From an uncultured Acidimicrobiia bacterium (GTDB lineage: Bacteria; Actinomycetota; Acidimicrobiia; Spongiisociales; UBA5794): a stretch of 58,263 bases of DNA. The stretch spans positions 1 to 58,263 of the forward strand of contig CAXMQQ010000035.1 in NCBI GenBank assembly GCA_964195545.1, given 5' to 3'. Position 1 is the stretch's first letter. Each line of letters opens with the position of its first letter. The position numbers were made by a program, and so were the translations under genes. Of this stretch, positions 1-12,260 are shown piece by piece. Below the pieces are notes generated by a model. The model did not search any database. It saw only the letters and a list, made by a program, of their open reading frames with translations, and was not told the DNA's origin.

Positions 1-205
1 CACCCCGGCGGGGGCATCCTGCATTGTTATGCCCGATTCCGGCGAGACAGGCACCCACCGGGCGGACACGCTGCGTTAATTAGGCAGCGAATGCATAACT
101 TTCGTTATTGGCACTTATGTTTGTTCCCGGCTCTTTAACGAGGCTCCGGGGACCTCGGCTCGCTTCCGGCGCCTCAACCCTCACGGTCGAAACCATGTCA
201 CCCCC
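1..205 (-). ncRNA. ssrA: tmRNA (5' portion; 3' end lies outside the window)
   Basis: Minus strand begins GGGGGTGACATGGTTTCGAC at 205, the typical tmRNA 5' end. Tag ORF at 112-80 (GCC AAT AAC GAA AGT TAT GCA TTC GCT GCC TAA) encodes ANNESYAFAA*. smpB lies nearby on the same strand. Confidence 0.95.
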
Positions 206-319
206 ATATGGGGAACACGCAAGGCGCGTTCAACATCCTTAAGCGTAGTCATGCATTCCAGTCATCGCTCCTCCCCTTCGCCGCTCCCCTAAGTCCGGTG
301 CGCAGATAGCCTGCTCGCC

Positions 320-1183
320 ATGGATGCGGAAATCACAGAAGCACAAGACTCGGACAGCGGGACAGTTGATCCTCCCACCCCGAAGCCTTCGACCATCGAC
401 GTGACCGCTCGCGAAGAAGCATCGCGATCGTCAGGGACCGCTCGCGGACTCATGATCGCGCTCGCAATCGGACTCGTCGCCGTATTTGCCATGCAGGTGT
501 TCACCCTGGTTTCCGCCGGTCGCACCGATGAGCAGATCGCTGCTCTCGACGATCAGATCCACTCCGTCAGCGGTGACGTTGCCGACGTCCAGGATTCTGT
601 GGACGCCGTCGACGAGAAGGTCGACGATCTTGCGACCGGTTCCCTGGTCGCTCCTTCCGCCTCGGGCGCTTCGGCGGCCGTTGCCCCGAGCGTGCCCGCC
701 GGGTACCTTCCGCCGTTCGAGCAGGGCCAACCGGACGCAGCCCTCGGGATGGTCCTCGGCGAAGTCACCGGTATCGAGTACTACACGCAGGCTGAGATGA
801 GCGTCGATCCAGCTGACGGCACCGCGCGGGCATGGCTGATCTGGGCGCACTGGTGTCCCCATTGCCAGCGTGAACTACCCCCGCTATCGGAGTGGTATTC
901 GGAGAATGCCGACCTGTACCCGAACGTCGAGTTGATCAGCGTCACCAGTTCTATCGACCCCGCTCGTGGCAATCCGTTGGAGCCGTACCTCGACGAACTC
1001 GAGCTTCCGTTCCCGGCGATCGTTGACCCGGACCTCGCTCTCGCTGAGCAGTTCGGGTTGAGCGCCTACCCGTTCTGGGTCTTCACCGATGGAGATGGCA
1101 CAACGCTGCTCAGAGTTGCAGGCTTCATCGAGATCGACCAAGTCGAAGACATCTTCGGCCAGCTCGAGGCCCAGGGCTCGTAG
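320..1183 (+). CDS. Membrane-anchored TlpA/thioredoxin-fold redoxin with coiled-coil linker
   Basis: N-terminal TM helix, heptad linker, WAHWCPHC CXXC motif, cis-Pro loop YPFWVF; TAGCCT 7 nt before ATG. Confidence 0.88.
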   Translation: MDAEITEAQDSDSGTVDPPTPKPSTIDVTAREEASRSSGTARGLMIALAIGLVAVFAMQVFTLVSAGRTDEQIAALDDQIHSVSGDVADVQDSVDAVDEKVDDLATGSLVAPSASGASAAVAPSVPAGYLPPFEQGQPDAALGMVLGEVTGIEYYTQAEMSVDPADGTARAWLIWAHWCPHCQRELPPLSEWYSENADLYPNVELISVTSSIDPARGNPLEPYLDELELPFPAIVDPDLALAEQFGLSAYPFWVFTDGDGTTLLRVAGFIEIDQVEDIFGQLEAQGS

Positions 1184-1194
1184 GGCCACCCCCT

Positions 1195-1764
1195 ATGCGC
1201 TCCTCTTGGGACAACCGCTACCGGGAGCGGTCGGCCCCTATCGATCCTGCAGCGTTCGTCACCGTCGAACTCGCGCCGCTTCTCGGCACACCCGGCCGAG
1301 CACTCGATCTCGCGGGTGGCGCTGGGAGACACGCCATCTGGCTCGCCGAGCGCGGCTGGGATACGACCATGATCGACACGTCGGAAGTCGCCATCGCCCT
1401 CGCCTCAGAACGGGCCGAAGAGGCAGCCGTCGATCTCCGGCTCGTCCACAGCGACCTGACCGCCGAAATGCTCCCCGACGGTCCATGGGACGTCGTGCTC
1501 ATCGTCCACTACATGCAGCGGAACCTGTTCCAGCCCGCCATCGAACGGTTGGCGGTCAACGGCCTGATCGCGTTCTCGGTGGCAACCGTGCGGAACCTGG
1601 AACGCCGGGAACGGCCTCCCCTCCCCTACCTCCTCGACGAGGGCGAAGCACCGTCACTCGCCGACGGCCTTCAGATCCTCCACTACGCAGAAGGTTGGTC
1701 AACAGAAGACCGCCACGAGGCCAGAGTGGTGGCAAGGCGGAGGGGTGGCCGACCATCGGACTAG
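1195..1764 (+). CDS. Class I SAM-dependent methyltransferase (TehB-like)
   Basis: ALDLAGGAGRHA motif I; WDNRY N-terminus. Confidence 0.88.
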   Translation: MRSSWDNRYRERSAPIDPAAFVTVELAPLLGTPGRALDLAGGAGRHAIWLAERGWDTTMIDTSEVAIALASERAEEAAVDLRLVHSDLTAEMLPDGPWDVVLIVHYMQRNLFQPAIERLAVNGLIAFSVATVRNLERRERPPLPYLLDEGEAPSLADGLQILHYAEGWSTEDRHEARVVARRRGGRPSD

Positions 1765-1766
1765 CC

Positions 1767-1792
1767 GAATACGTACTACGTATTACGTATTC
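1767..1792. repeat. Heptamer array/hairpin (TACGTAC TACGTAT TACGTAT) between convergent genes; possible bidirectional terminator
   Basis: 7-bp period; inverted repeat GAATACGTA...TACGTATTC. Confidence 0.7.
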
Positions 1793-1803
1793 CCAAGCGA
1801 AGC

Positions 1804-2262
1804 TCACCTCCGATGGCTCTTCGCCCTGTCCATCTCTCGCTTCTGCTGGCGCTCCACGATCTTCTTCCGTTTGTCGTACGTGTGACGGCCCTTCGCAAGG
1901 GCGACCTCGATCTTCGCGATACCACGAACGAAGTAGATCTGGAGCGGAACGAGCGTGAGACCTTGCTCGTTCATCTTGCCGGTGAGACGATCGATCTCCC
2001 GCCGATGCAGCAGCAGCTTCCGCTTCCGTTCCGGTGCGTGTCCACCACCGATCGCGAACGAGTACGGAGCGATGTGGGCGTTCTCCAACCAGAGTTCCCC
2101 GTCCTGTATCAAGCCGTAGGCGTCTTTGAGCTGCACTTGACCGGCGCGCAGGCTCTTCACCTCTGACCCCGTGAGAACGATGCCCGCCTCATACGTGTCG
2201 AGGATGTCGTAGTTGTAGCGTGCGCGACGGTTGGATGCGACGACCTTGTGACCTTCAGTCAT
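1804..2262 (-). CDS. smpB: SsrA-binding protein SmpB
   Basis: NRRARYNY, EAGIVLTGSEVKSLR, RKLLLHRREI, YDKR motifs. Confidence 0.98.
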   Translation of the reverse strand: MTEGHKVVASNRRARYNYDILDTYEAGIVLTGSEVKSLRAGQVQLKDAYGLIQDGELWLENAHIAPYSFAIGGGHAPERKRKLLLHRREIDRLTGKMNEQGLTLVPLQIYFVRGIAKIEVALAKGRHTYDKRKKIVERQQKREMDRAKSHRR

Positions 2263-2309
2263 GATGCGAAGACTAGGAGCGTGACGGACGATGCCGTTGC
2301 CCGGATTTG

Positions 2310-3503
2310 CTAGAAGTACTTGACCGGGTTCACGGGATTGCCGTTGATGCGGACCTCGAAGTGGAGATGGGGTCCAGTTGATACGCCGGTCGAACCAATG
2401 TAGCCGATGACCTGGCCTGCATTCACCTTCTGTCCGTTCGATACGGCGAACCTCGACTGGTGGGCATACAGCGTCACCATGCCACCGCCGTGATCGATCA
2501 TGATCGAGTTCCCGTATCCGCCCTTCACTCCTGCCAAAAGGACAGTGCCGGCGGCGGCTGCCACGATCTCTTGTCCCATGCCGCCATTCATGTCAACACC
2601 GTTGTGCATCAGGGAGTAGCCATACATCGGATGGATCCTCGGTCCGAAGCCGGACGAGATCCCGCCGGGCACGGGACGCCCGAGCGTGCCGGGGGCTGAC
2701 CCGGCCGCTTTCGCTCGCTCGGCGATGACCTTCTTGATCGACGACTCTTCCTTCTCGAGCGAGGTTATCTCCACCTCGATCTCTTCGATCTCAGCGTCAT
2801 ATTCCGAGAGGAGCGACCGCTGTCGGCGATACTCGTCCTGGAGCGCATCGCTCGACCGCTGTAGTTCGTTCTGGAGCGCACCGAGACGCTCTTCTGCGAT
2901 CTTCAGTTCGGCAAGATCCGCTGCGAGGGTGGTTTCGGTCGCTGCGATCCTGTCGGTCGCTTGTTGCTCATCGACGAGGAGGGACTCGAATCGTTCAACC
3001 GTGTCGGTCCCGCTAGCGGTGATCTCATCGAGATACGCCAGTCCGATTCCAATGTCTGTCCACACTTTCGCTGACAGGGCAACGGTCGGTAGACCGAGAC
3101 CGACCCCCATGTAGCTCTCGACTGCGTACTGTGTGGCGTCTTCCCTTGCCGTTCCAAGTTCCGACCGGGTGAGAGCGAGGGCCTGGTATTTCGCATGCAA
3201 CTCTGATCTCACTTCGCGCAGTGCCCGCTGCTTCAGCGAGAGCTCTCCGGTCGCTGCGACCACATCCATCCGCGACGAAGCCATCGACTCGAGAACGGCA
3301 TCCATACGGGCAGCGGTCGCCTGGATCTCGTTGGCCAGCGCGCTGCGATTCGTCGAAGCCGCACTGAACTCGTCGCTGAGAGCATCGATCCGACTCCTGA
3401 CGCCTTGTAGATCACGGTCGAGATCATCGGCTCCCACCGAAGGAACCACGGCGAAGATCAACACAGCGGAAAGTGTCGCGACGAGAAGACGGCGCGCGGG
3501 CAT
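2310..3503 (-). CDS. Secreted coiled-coil M23 peptidase (murein hydrolase/activator downstream of ftsEX)
   Basis: Signal peptide, long coiled coil, HNGVD and GPHLHFE zinc motifs. Confidence 0.92.
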   Translation of the reverse strand: MPARRLLVATLSAVLIFAVVPSVGADDLDRDLQGVRSRIDALSDEFSAASTNRSALANEIQATAARMDAVLESMASSRMDVVAATGELSLKQRALREVRSELHAKYQALALTRSELGTAREDATQYAVESYMGVGLGLPTVALSAKVWTDIGIGLAYLDEITASGTDTVERFESLLVDEQQATDRIAATETTLAADLAELKIAEERLGALQNELQRSSDALQDEYRRQRSLLSEYDAEIEEIEVEITSLEKEESSIKKVIAERAKAAGSAPGTLGRPVPGGISSGFGPRIHPMYGYSLMHNGVDMNGGMGQEIVAAAAGTVLLAGVKGGYGNSIMIDHGGGMVTLYAHQSRFAVSNGQKVNAGQVIGYIGSTGVSTGPHLHFEVRINGNPVNPVKYF

Positions 3504-4390
3504 CAGGTGCGCAAGTACTTGTGGACCGTGAGGCTCAGGCCACTGCCGACAAGGCCGGCAGACACCCCGAACAGCAAGACCAGCGCTCCCTGAGTGAAGA
3601 GGTAGTCAGGCTGAACCGCGACATTGATCCATTCAGGCAGATCGGTGAGACGATCGACGGCCAGCTGTTGGGCAACGACGATGAACCCAACGGCGAGACC
3701 AGCCCCCATGAAGCCTTCGATCGCGCCTTCGACGAGGAACGGCACGCGCACGTACCAATTGGAAGCGCCCACCAGACGCATGATCTCGATCTCTTCGCGG
3801 CGAGCGTAGATGGCCATATGAATCGTGTTCGCGATCAGAGCGACCGCGGCAACACCGAGAGCAACGGCAAGGAGCCAGAACATCACACGCAAGCCATCGC
3901 GGAGAGAGATCATCGCGTCGATTGCCTGTCCGGCAGATTGGACGCGCAGGAGCCCGGGGGTGGCCTGAAGGCGCGTCACAATCGTCTGGTAGTCATTGGG
4001 ATCTACGGGTTTGATTCGGAGCGATGCCGGCACGATGTCGGGGCTTTCCTCGATGACGCGCAGCGTCGCCGGCTGATTCGAGAGAAGGATCCGTGCTTCT
4101 TTGAGTGCCTCGGCCTTGGAGACGAAGGCGACGCTCTCAACCTCAGCCCAACCCTCCATCTCGGCCTGCATCTCGTCGACCGCAGTCAGAGCATTGTCGC
4201 GCACGTAAGCGATCACACGAACGTCTTCGGCCCACTGGAGCGTGTTGATTCGAACCACTTCGCCGAAGACGAGGGTTCCAAAGGTGAGCGTGAGGGAGAT
4301 GAAGACGGCCAGCACGGCACCCAACACGACAAGGCCGTTGCGTCCGATGTTGGCGAAAGCTTCTCGTAGAACGTAGGAGACGCGGGTCAT
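3503..4390 (-). CDS. ftsX: Cell division permease FtsX
   Basis: 4 TM segments, [26 protein letters not shown] motif, coupled to ftsE. Confidence 0.96.
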   Translation of the reverse strand: MTRVSYVLREAFANIGRNGLVVLGAVLAVFISLTLTFGTLVFGEVVRINTLQWAEDVRVIAYVRDNALTAVDEMQAEMEGWAEVESVAFVSKAEALKEARILLSNQPATLRVIEESPDIVPASLRIKPVDPNDYQTIVTRLQATPGLLRVQSAGQAIDAMISLRDGLRVMFWLLAVALGVAAVALIANTIHMAIYARREEIEIMRLVGASNWYVRVPFLVEGAIEGFMGAGLAVGFIVVAQQLAVDRLTDLPEWINVAVQPDYLFTQGALVLLFGVSAGLVGSGLSLTVHKYLRT

Positions 4391-5349
4391 CCGTCGACCT
4401 CCTCATCGGCTTCAGATTCTTCGTCTGGAGTCTCGTCATCAGCGACGATGACCTGCTCATCCTGCTCGGCGCCCTCGATGACCTCTTCTTCGACCACATC
4501 GGCCCCTTCTACGGAGCTCTGCTCTTCCGCAGAAGATCCGGTAACCGTGGTCTCCTCGACGTCGAGGGTTGCCGTCGCAGCGACTTCGGCCGTCGTGGAG
4601 GAGTCCGACCCGGCAACGACATCAGCGATGACGACCGGAGCATCGGGGGTGTCGGAATCCTCGGACCAAGACGTTTCATAGACACCACGGCTCTCGTCGC
4701 GAACGACGCGCCCACGTTCGAGTTGAACGACCCTGCGGCGCATGGCATCGACGATCGCGTGGTCGTGCGTCGCCATCACAACGGTTGTTCCCGTACGATT
4801 GATTCGGTCGAGGATGCGCATGATTCCGACCGAAGTCGCCGGATCCAGGTTCCCGGTCGGCTCATCTGCGAGAACGATGAGCGGTCGGTTCACAAAGGCG
4901 CGTGCCACCGAGACTCGCTGCTGTTCACCGCCGGAGAGTCGCCGTGGCAATCGGTCGGCCATCTCTGAGAGGCCCACGAGTTTGAGAACCTGCGGAACCT
5001 GGGCATGGATCGCCGAGCGCGACTTCCCCGTGACCTCCATCGCGAATGCGACGTTCTCGTAGACGGTCTTGCTCGGAAGAAGCTTGAAGTCCTGGAACAC
5101 GGTGCCGATGGATCGACGGAGGTGGGGGATCTTCCAATCCGGCAGGTCGGAGGCGTGCTTCCCTGCGATCCAAATGTCACCGTTGGTCGGCTTCTCCTCG
5201 CGCATCATGAGGCGGACCAGCGTCGACTTTCCCGACCCCGAAGGGCCTACGAGAAAGACGAACTCACCCTTGTTGATGTCGAGTTCCACGTCTTTGAGGG
5301 CCACGACGCCGCCGTCGTATACCTTCGTCACATTATCGAGACGGATCAT
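4387..5349 (-). CDS. ftsE: Cell division ATP-binding protein FtsE with acidic C-terminal tail
   Basis: Start taken at MIRLDNV (ATG 5349); GPSGSGKS Walker [26 protein letters not shown]. Confidence 0.96.
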   Translation of the reverse strand: MIRLDNVTKVYDGGVVALKDVELDINKGEFVFLVGPSGSGKSTLVRLMMREEKPTNGDIWIAGKHASDLPDWKIPHLRRSIGTVFQDFKLLPSKTVYENVAFAMEVTGKSRSAIHAQVPQVLKLVGLSEMADRLPRRLSGGEQQRVSVARAFVNRPLIVLADEPTGNLDPATSVGIMRILDRINRTGTTVVMATHDHAIVDAMRRRVVQLERGRVVRDESRGVYETSWSEDSDTPDAPVVIADVVAGSDSSTTAEVAATATLDVEETTVTGSSAEEQSSVEGADVVEEEVIEGAEQDEQVIVADDETPDEESEADEEVDG

Positions 5350-5440
5350 GAAATCCCTATCGTGGCTTCGTAGTCCTACCCCACCCGCCAACGCGTTGGC
5401 AGGTTACCCAAGGGTCCGCCGTAGGAGGTGGATTGTGATC

Positions 5441-5475
5441 GAGTTGTGAGCGGTGAGCCATGAAGTCCGAACGGA
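5441..5475. repeat. Degenerate heptamer array downstream of prfB
   Basis: GAGTTGT GAGCGGT GAGCCAT GAAGTCC GAACGGA; partial reverse complement (GCTCACGATCAC) near 5495-5505. Confidence 0.55.
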
Positions 5476-5501
5476 GTGATCCCCTCGCCGAAAGCTCACG
5501 A

Positions 5502-6609
5502 TCACTTCGCCTCGGCGCGCCGCCACTGCAGATAGCTGTCTACCAACGGATCCAGGTCTCCGTCAAGGACTCCTGTGATGTTTCCGATCTCGTGACCGGT
5601 CCGGAGGTCTTTGACCATCTGGTATGGCTGGAGGACGTATGAGCGGATCTGGCGTCCCCAACCGGCCTCGGTCTGGTCTCCGCGAATCGCATCGACCTCT
5701 TGCTTCTGCTCGAGACGGGCCCGCTCGGCTAGGCGTGCGGCGAGGAGGTGCATGGCCCGAACCCGGTTCTGAGTCTGGGACCGCTCCGCCTGGCAACTGA
5801 CCACGACACCGGTGGGCAAGTGCGTCAGCCGGACCGCCGAATCGGTCTTGTTGATGTGCTGGCCCCCGGCACCCGACGCTCGGAAGGTGTCGACCCGAAG
5901 ATCCTCCGGATTGATCTCTACCTCTTTGACGTCGACCTCGGGGATGACATCGACACCGGCGAATGCCGTGTGACGCCTGGCGTTCGAGTCGAACGGACTG
6001 ATCCGCACCAACCGATGCACACCACGCTCGCCCTCCAGGATTCCGTACGCATGATCGCCCTTGACGGTGATCGTGGCCGACTTGATGCCCGCCTCCTCAC
6101 CAACCTGGTACTCGTCTACCTCGAAGGTGAGTTCTGTTCGTTCGAGGTAACGCAGGTACATGCGAAACAGCATCTCTGCCCAGTCCTGGGCGTCGACGCC
6201 GCCCGCACCGGCGTGAACAGACATGATCGCAGTCGAATCGTCGTGCGGACCGAAGAAGAGTGTCTCGCGCTCGAGGCGGCTGAGTGTCGCCTCGGTCTCA
6301 CGAATCTCCGTCAACGCATCGTCGAGGCCCGAAGCATCGTCTTCTTCGACGGAGAGTTCGATCAACACCTCTGCGTCATCGAGCGCTTCATCCAGAGTCG
6401 CGACCTGCTCGATCGTGCGTTCGTGTCTGGCGAGCGTTCGAGTTACTTCGAGAGCGTGATCTTGGTCATCCCACAGACCGGGGGCCGACGCCTGCTCTCT
6501 CAGTTCAACGAGTTCCTGTTCCTTACCTGCGAGGTCAAAGGAACCTCCTGGCATCGTCGAGGCGAGAGCGCAAGTCGTTCAGAAGTACGCGGAGGTCGTT
6601 CGGTTCCAT
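5502..6609 (-). CDS. prfB: Peptide chain release factor 2, with programmed +1 frameshift at codon 24-25
   Basis: SPF and GGQ motifs. Upstream frame ATG6609 MEPNDLRVLLNDLRSRLDDARRFL ends at CTT TGA C (6540-6534), preceded by an internal AGGAGG (6549-6544). Confidence 0.96.
6534..6549 (-). promoter_or_regulatory. prfB autoregulatory frameshift cassette AGGAGG-TTC-CTT-TGA-C
   Basis: Exact match to the canonical RF2 slippery site and internal SD spacing. Confidence 0.93.
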
Positions 6610-6631
6610 GGTGGGATGAGCGTACCCGTCA

Positions 6632-6857
6632 GCGGGTCACTGCACCTCCTGGGGTCCAGCATCCGCACCGTGGAACTGCTTGAACCACTGCGGCCCAGAG
6701 GTCAGGGTTGTTTGGAGCGGAACCCCAGCTCCCGTGCGGAGCGCTCCGTCCTGTTGGTCCACGTCGGTTGTTCCCCGACACTGCGGCGCTGCCGGCGCCG
6801 ATCGCACCCCGAATCGCGAGCTTTGTCGAGAGTCCTGCGGATGTGGGAGTGACCCGC
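6632..6857 (-). ncRNA. Candidate structured RNA, 6S-like rod (core 6657-6791)
   Basis: Nested pairings CAGCG/TGCTG, CCGCA/TGCGG, GGAAC/GTTCC, TGGACCA/TGGTTCA; outer perfect 10-bp inverted repeat 6632-6641/6848-6857; GGGAGC and GGTTCAA motifs. Confidence 0.4.
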
Positions 6858-7083
6858 CGCGTCCCGTGTTCGGCGATGGCGACGGGGCTGCGGGCGGTGA
6901 GGCCGGCAAGGCCCATCATGACTCCCTACTGCATCGACGTTCTGGGCATCAGCGGAGGATCGAACGATGACGCGATCGCCATGCCTTTGAGAGGGCCCCC
7001 TCAGGCGAGATCAGAGGACCTGCGAGATATGCTGCATTGACGACGGTGCTCTTGAGTTCCATGGAGCCGAGAACACCATGCGC

Positions 7084-9735
<2,652 letters not shown>

Positions 9736-9937
9736 GGTGAAGTGATGATACGGGCACGAGGCCGCTTGTTGGGCAGCCACCCACCGACACTGGATCGAAG
9801 TATCCAGCCCGAGATCTCCAGAATCTGGTCCCGTATCGTGAATTGACGCCACGGATCCAGCGGGTAGGTCACAGCGAGCGCCCGCACCCTGACGCTCACG
9901 CGAGTACTCTTGATCCATCGACACGAGGTGAAGGCGA

Positions 9938-10120
9938 GTGAGTTCGAGCAACACATGTGCCGCCGGCGGTGGGGCGTTCTACGGCCTGGGCATCTTCGGA
10001 GCGTTCGTGTACTTCTGGCAGCAGGCAGACGCATTCTGGGGGTACGTGTTCTCCTTCTTCCAGGCTCTCTTCTGGCCGGCCTTCATGGTCTACGAGGTGT
10101 TTGTCGCCCTCGGCGGTTGA
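9938..10120 (+). CDS. Small two-TM membrane protein (60 aa)
   Basis: SD-like GAGGTGAAGG before GTG; two hydrophobic helices, [11 protein letters not shown] and WPAFMVY. Confidence 0.75.
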   Translation: MSSSNTCAAGGGAFYGLGIFGAFVYFWQQADAFWGYVFSFFQALFWPAFMVYEVFVALGG

Positions 10121-10259
10121 CCGCGAACTTCGGCAGCGATTCATGACGGCTCGGTTCCGAGAAGTCCCTGCATTGTCTCAGGCTTCTTCGTGAGTCGTCA
10201 TGGAAGGTTTGCGCCCGATTCCCCGACATGGCAGACAGCGAAGAGCGAAGACCCGGTCG

Positions 10260-10294
10260 GACGGAATACGGAATGAGGTCTACGGACTACGGAC
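10260..10294. repeat. Heptamer array downstream of response regulator
   Basis: GACGGAA TACGGAA TGAGGTC TACGGAC TACGGAC. Confidence 0.7.
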
Positions 10295-10297
10295 CAC

Positions 10298-10948
10298 TCA
10301 GGACAGGCTGATCAGGTCTTCTCTCACGGCGTACAGCACCGCTTCGTTCCTCGAGTGGAGACCGAGCTTGTCGAGGATGTTCCTGATGTGGTTCTTCACA
10401 GTGTTCTCGGAGATGAACAAGAGGACGCCGATCTCGCGGCTCGTCTGTCCCCCGGCTACGAGTTGGAGCACTTCGAGTTCGCGCCCTGTCAACACGGGCT
10501 TCCTCGACTGCAGGAGTTCTTGGTGGCGGAGTAGCTGCCGGGTTACATCAAGGAGTTTGCCTGCCATGTTCGGGGATACGGCCGCCCCGCCGCTCTCAAC
10601 GGCGTTGAGGGCCCCGACCAGAGCATCGAACGGAGCGTCCTTGGTGACATAGCCTCGAGCGCCGGCCTTCACGCCGGCAAGGAGATCCTCCTCCGATTCG
10701 CTCGCTGTGAGAAGAACCACCCGCGCAGTCGGAGCGACGGCGCTGATCTTCTCAACGACCTCGAGTCCGGACATACCCGGCATCAGGATGTCGAGAAGGA
10801 CCAGATCCGGCTGATGTTCCTCTGCAGCGGAGACTGCACCCTCGGCGTCACCGGCCTCGGCGACAACGTCGAATCCAGCGTCTCTGAGGGCGGAGCACAG
10901 TCCTGCCCGGAACAGCGGTACATCGTCCACAATGAGCAGTCTTTTCAT
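10298..10948 (-). CDS. NarL/LuxR-family response regulator (orphan)
   Basis: Receiver domain (VDD, LLDILMP, K) plus LuxR HTH ISENTVKNH; located between hpf and secA as in many actinobacteria. Confidence 0.95.
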   Translation of the reverse strand: MKRLLIVDDVPLFRAGLCSALRDAGFDVVAEAGDAEGAVSAAEEHQPDLVLLDILMPGMSGLEVVEKISAVAPTARVVLLTASESEEDLLAGVKAGARGYVTKDAPFDALVGALNAVESGGAAVSPNMAGKLLDVTRQLLRHQELLQSRKPVLTGRELEVLQLVAGGQTSREIGVLLFISENTVKNHIRNILDKLGLHSRNEAVLYAVREDLISLS

Positions 10949-10972
10949 CTCGACTCAACACTCCAGCTTGGA

Positions 10973-11521
10973 TTACTCCGGCTCGATCATGCCGAGATCG
11001 CCATCCCGCCGGTAGTAGAGCACCGACTGTTTGCCTCTGTCTGCGTCGAGGAAGACGAAGAAGTCGTGTCCGAGCATCTCCATCTGCAATACAGCTTCCT
11101 CGACCGACATGGGCCGCATCGTGAATCGTTTCCGCCTCACGATGACGGCATCCCGGTCTTGTAGGTCATCGACCGAGTTGACGACCGGGTTGAGGTCTTT
11201 GTGACTGGACTTGCGGGATCGCTGTACGAGTCGCTCTTTGAGCCTTCGGAGTTGCCGTTCGTACTTGTCGGACGCTGTGTCAAGTGCCGCTCGCGCATCG
11301 AACGCATCCGACTCAACGCGGACGATCTGGCCGCCAGCGTTCGAGGTGATCTCGACGCGATACCTGCCTTCGGTCTGCCTTGGGTTGCCGTTCTCGGAGA
11401 ATTCGACGTCGACACTCGTCACGCCGTCGAAGATCCTCCCAGCATGCTCGACCTTCTCTTGAGCGAGATCGCGGACATCGTCGGCAATCTCGGTGTTCCG
11501 CCCGTGGATCCGAACGTTCAC
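10973..11521 (-). CDS. hpf: Ribosome hibernation promoting factor (long HPF/RaiA)
   Basis: S30AE N-domain plus C-terminal PMSVEEAVLQMEMLGHDFFVF. Confidence 0.96.
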   Translation of the reverse strand: MNVRIHGRNTEIADDVRDLAQEKVEHAGRIFDGVTSVDVEFSENGNPRQTEGRYRVEITSNAGGQIVRVESDAFDARAALDTASDKYERQLRRLKERLVQRSRKSSHKDLNPVVNSVDDLQDRDAVIVRRKRFTMRPMSVEEAVLQMEMLGHDFFVFLDADRGKQSVLYYRRDGDLGMIEPE

Positions 11522-12237
11522 TCGTGCTCCTCTCCGTGACGACTGTGCCCCGCCGGACTTCTTCCGGGCGCGTCGAACCGGCCTACTCGGGTCGTTCGGG
11601 CGCGGAGGGTGCTTCGATCGGTCGGACCGTTGAACGGTTGAACGGTCACCGCACCTCCAAAGGGGCTCTCTCCTGTCTTCATCCTACTCGCGCAAGTGGC
11701 AACCAGGACAAGAGTCGGAAGACCCTCAAGTGCGGTCGCTGCTGCACGGGCCGTCGCCCCCGTCGTGAGCACGTCATCGACCAGCGCTGCGTTCTTCGGG
11801 ACCAATGAGCCGGTCGGAGCGAACGAGATCGCGGAACGTTCGTCGCGGCTGCGTCCTGCGTGCCGGCGCCACCACCATCGCGGTTTGATCGCCGCTACGA
11901 CGGGGAGCCCCGTTCGTCGAGCAACGCCTGAGGCAAGAACGGCTGCCGGGTCGATTCCGTGGCGGAACGCTCGGAGGATGGCTCTCGGCACGGGGACGAG
12001 AGCTGTCGCAGATGATGGGACTCTCTCGGCCATCGCGTCGGCGAGCGGTTCGGCTGCAGCGAACACGGCCCGATACTTGAGGGCGTGAACGAGACGCCGG
12101 GCCGAGCCCTGATGAACGAAACCGGCCACTCCGACCAGACCCGGTGCAACCGACACGTCCGGGGCGGGACGGAGCTCAAAGCGACACGGTTCACAGAGCG
12201 CCCCTGAGCAAGGCATGGTGCAAGAGAGGCACAACAT
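11518..12237 (-). CDS. comF: ComF family phosphoribosyltransferase
   Basis: CxxC...CxxC zinc ribbon, LVHALKY, LVDDVLTTGAT; start ATG 12237 follows TACGGT. Confidence 0.88.
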   Translation of the reverse strand: MLCLSCTMPCSGALCEPCRFELRPAPDVSVAPGLVGVAGFVHQGSARRLVHALKYRAVFAAAEPLADAMAERVPSSATALVPVPRAILRAFRHGIDPAAVLASGVARRTGLPVVAAIKPRWWWRRHAGRSRDERSAISFAPTGSLVPKNAALVDDVLTTGATARAAATALEGLPTLVLVATCASRMKTGESPFGGAVTVQPFNGPTDRSTLRARTTRVGRFDAPGRSPAGHSRHGEEHE

Positions 12238-12260
12238 GCCCCGACCGTAGGGACGGGGTG

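Noticed and set aside
1-1800. Integrative element at tmRNA
   Set aside because: No integrase or att duplication; integration normally targets the tmRNA 3' end, which is outside the window.
5502-6554. ORF-track start MPGGSF for RF2
   Set aside because: Artefact of the programmed frameshift; the real start is 6609.
6629-6919. 96-aa minus-strand ORF with SD-like GGGAG
   Set aside because: No recognisable domain, low-complexity composition, and it overlaps a strongly base-paired region better explained as RNA structure; not fully excluded.
6920-7080. Possible riboswitch downstream of secA
   Set aside because: Only a short hairpin (TGAGAGGGCCCCCTCA); no known aptamer consensus recognised.
9736-9954. 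N-terminal extensions of secA, and likewise manB, GT2, lipBA, pduO, LLM and amidohydrolase
   Set aside because: They overlap neighbouring genes or promoters; downstream starts match family N-termini and -10/SD signals.
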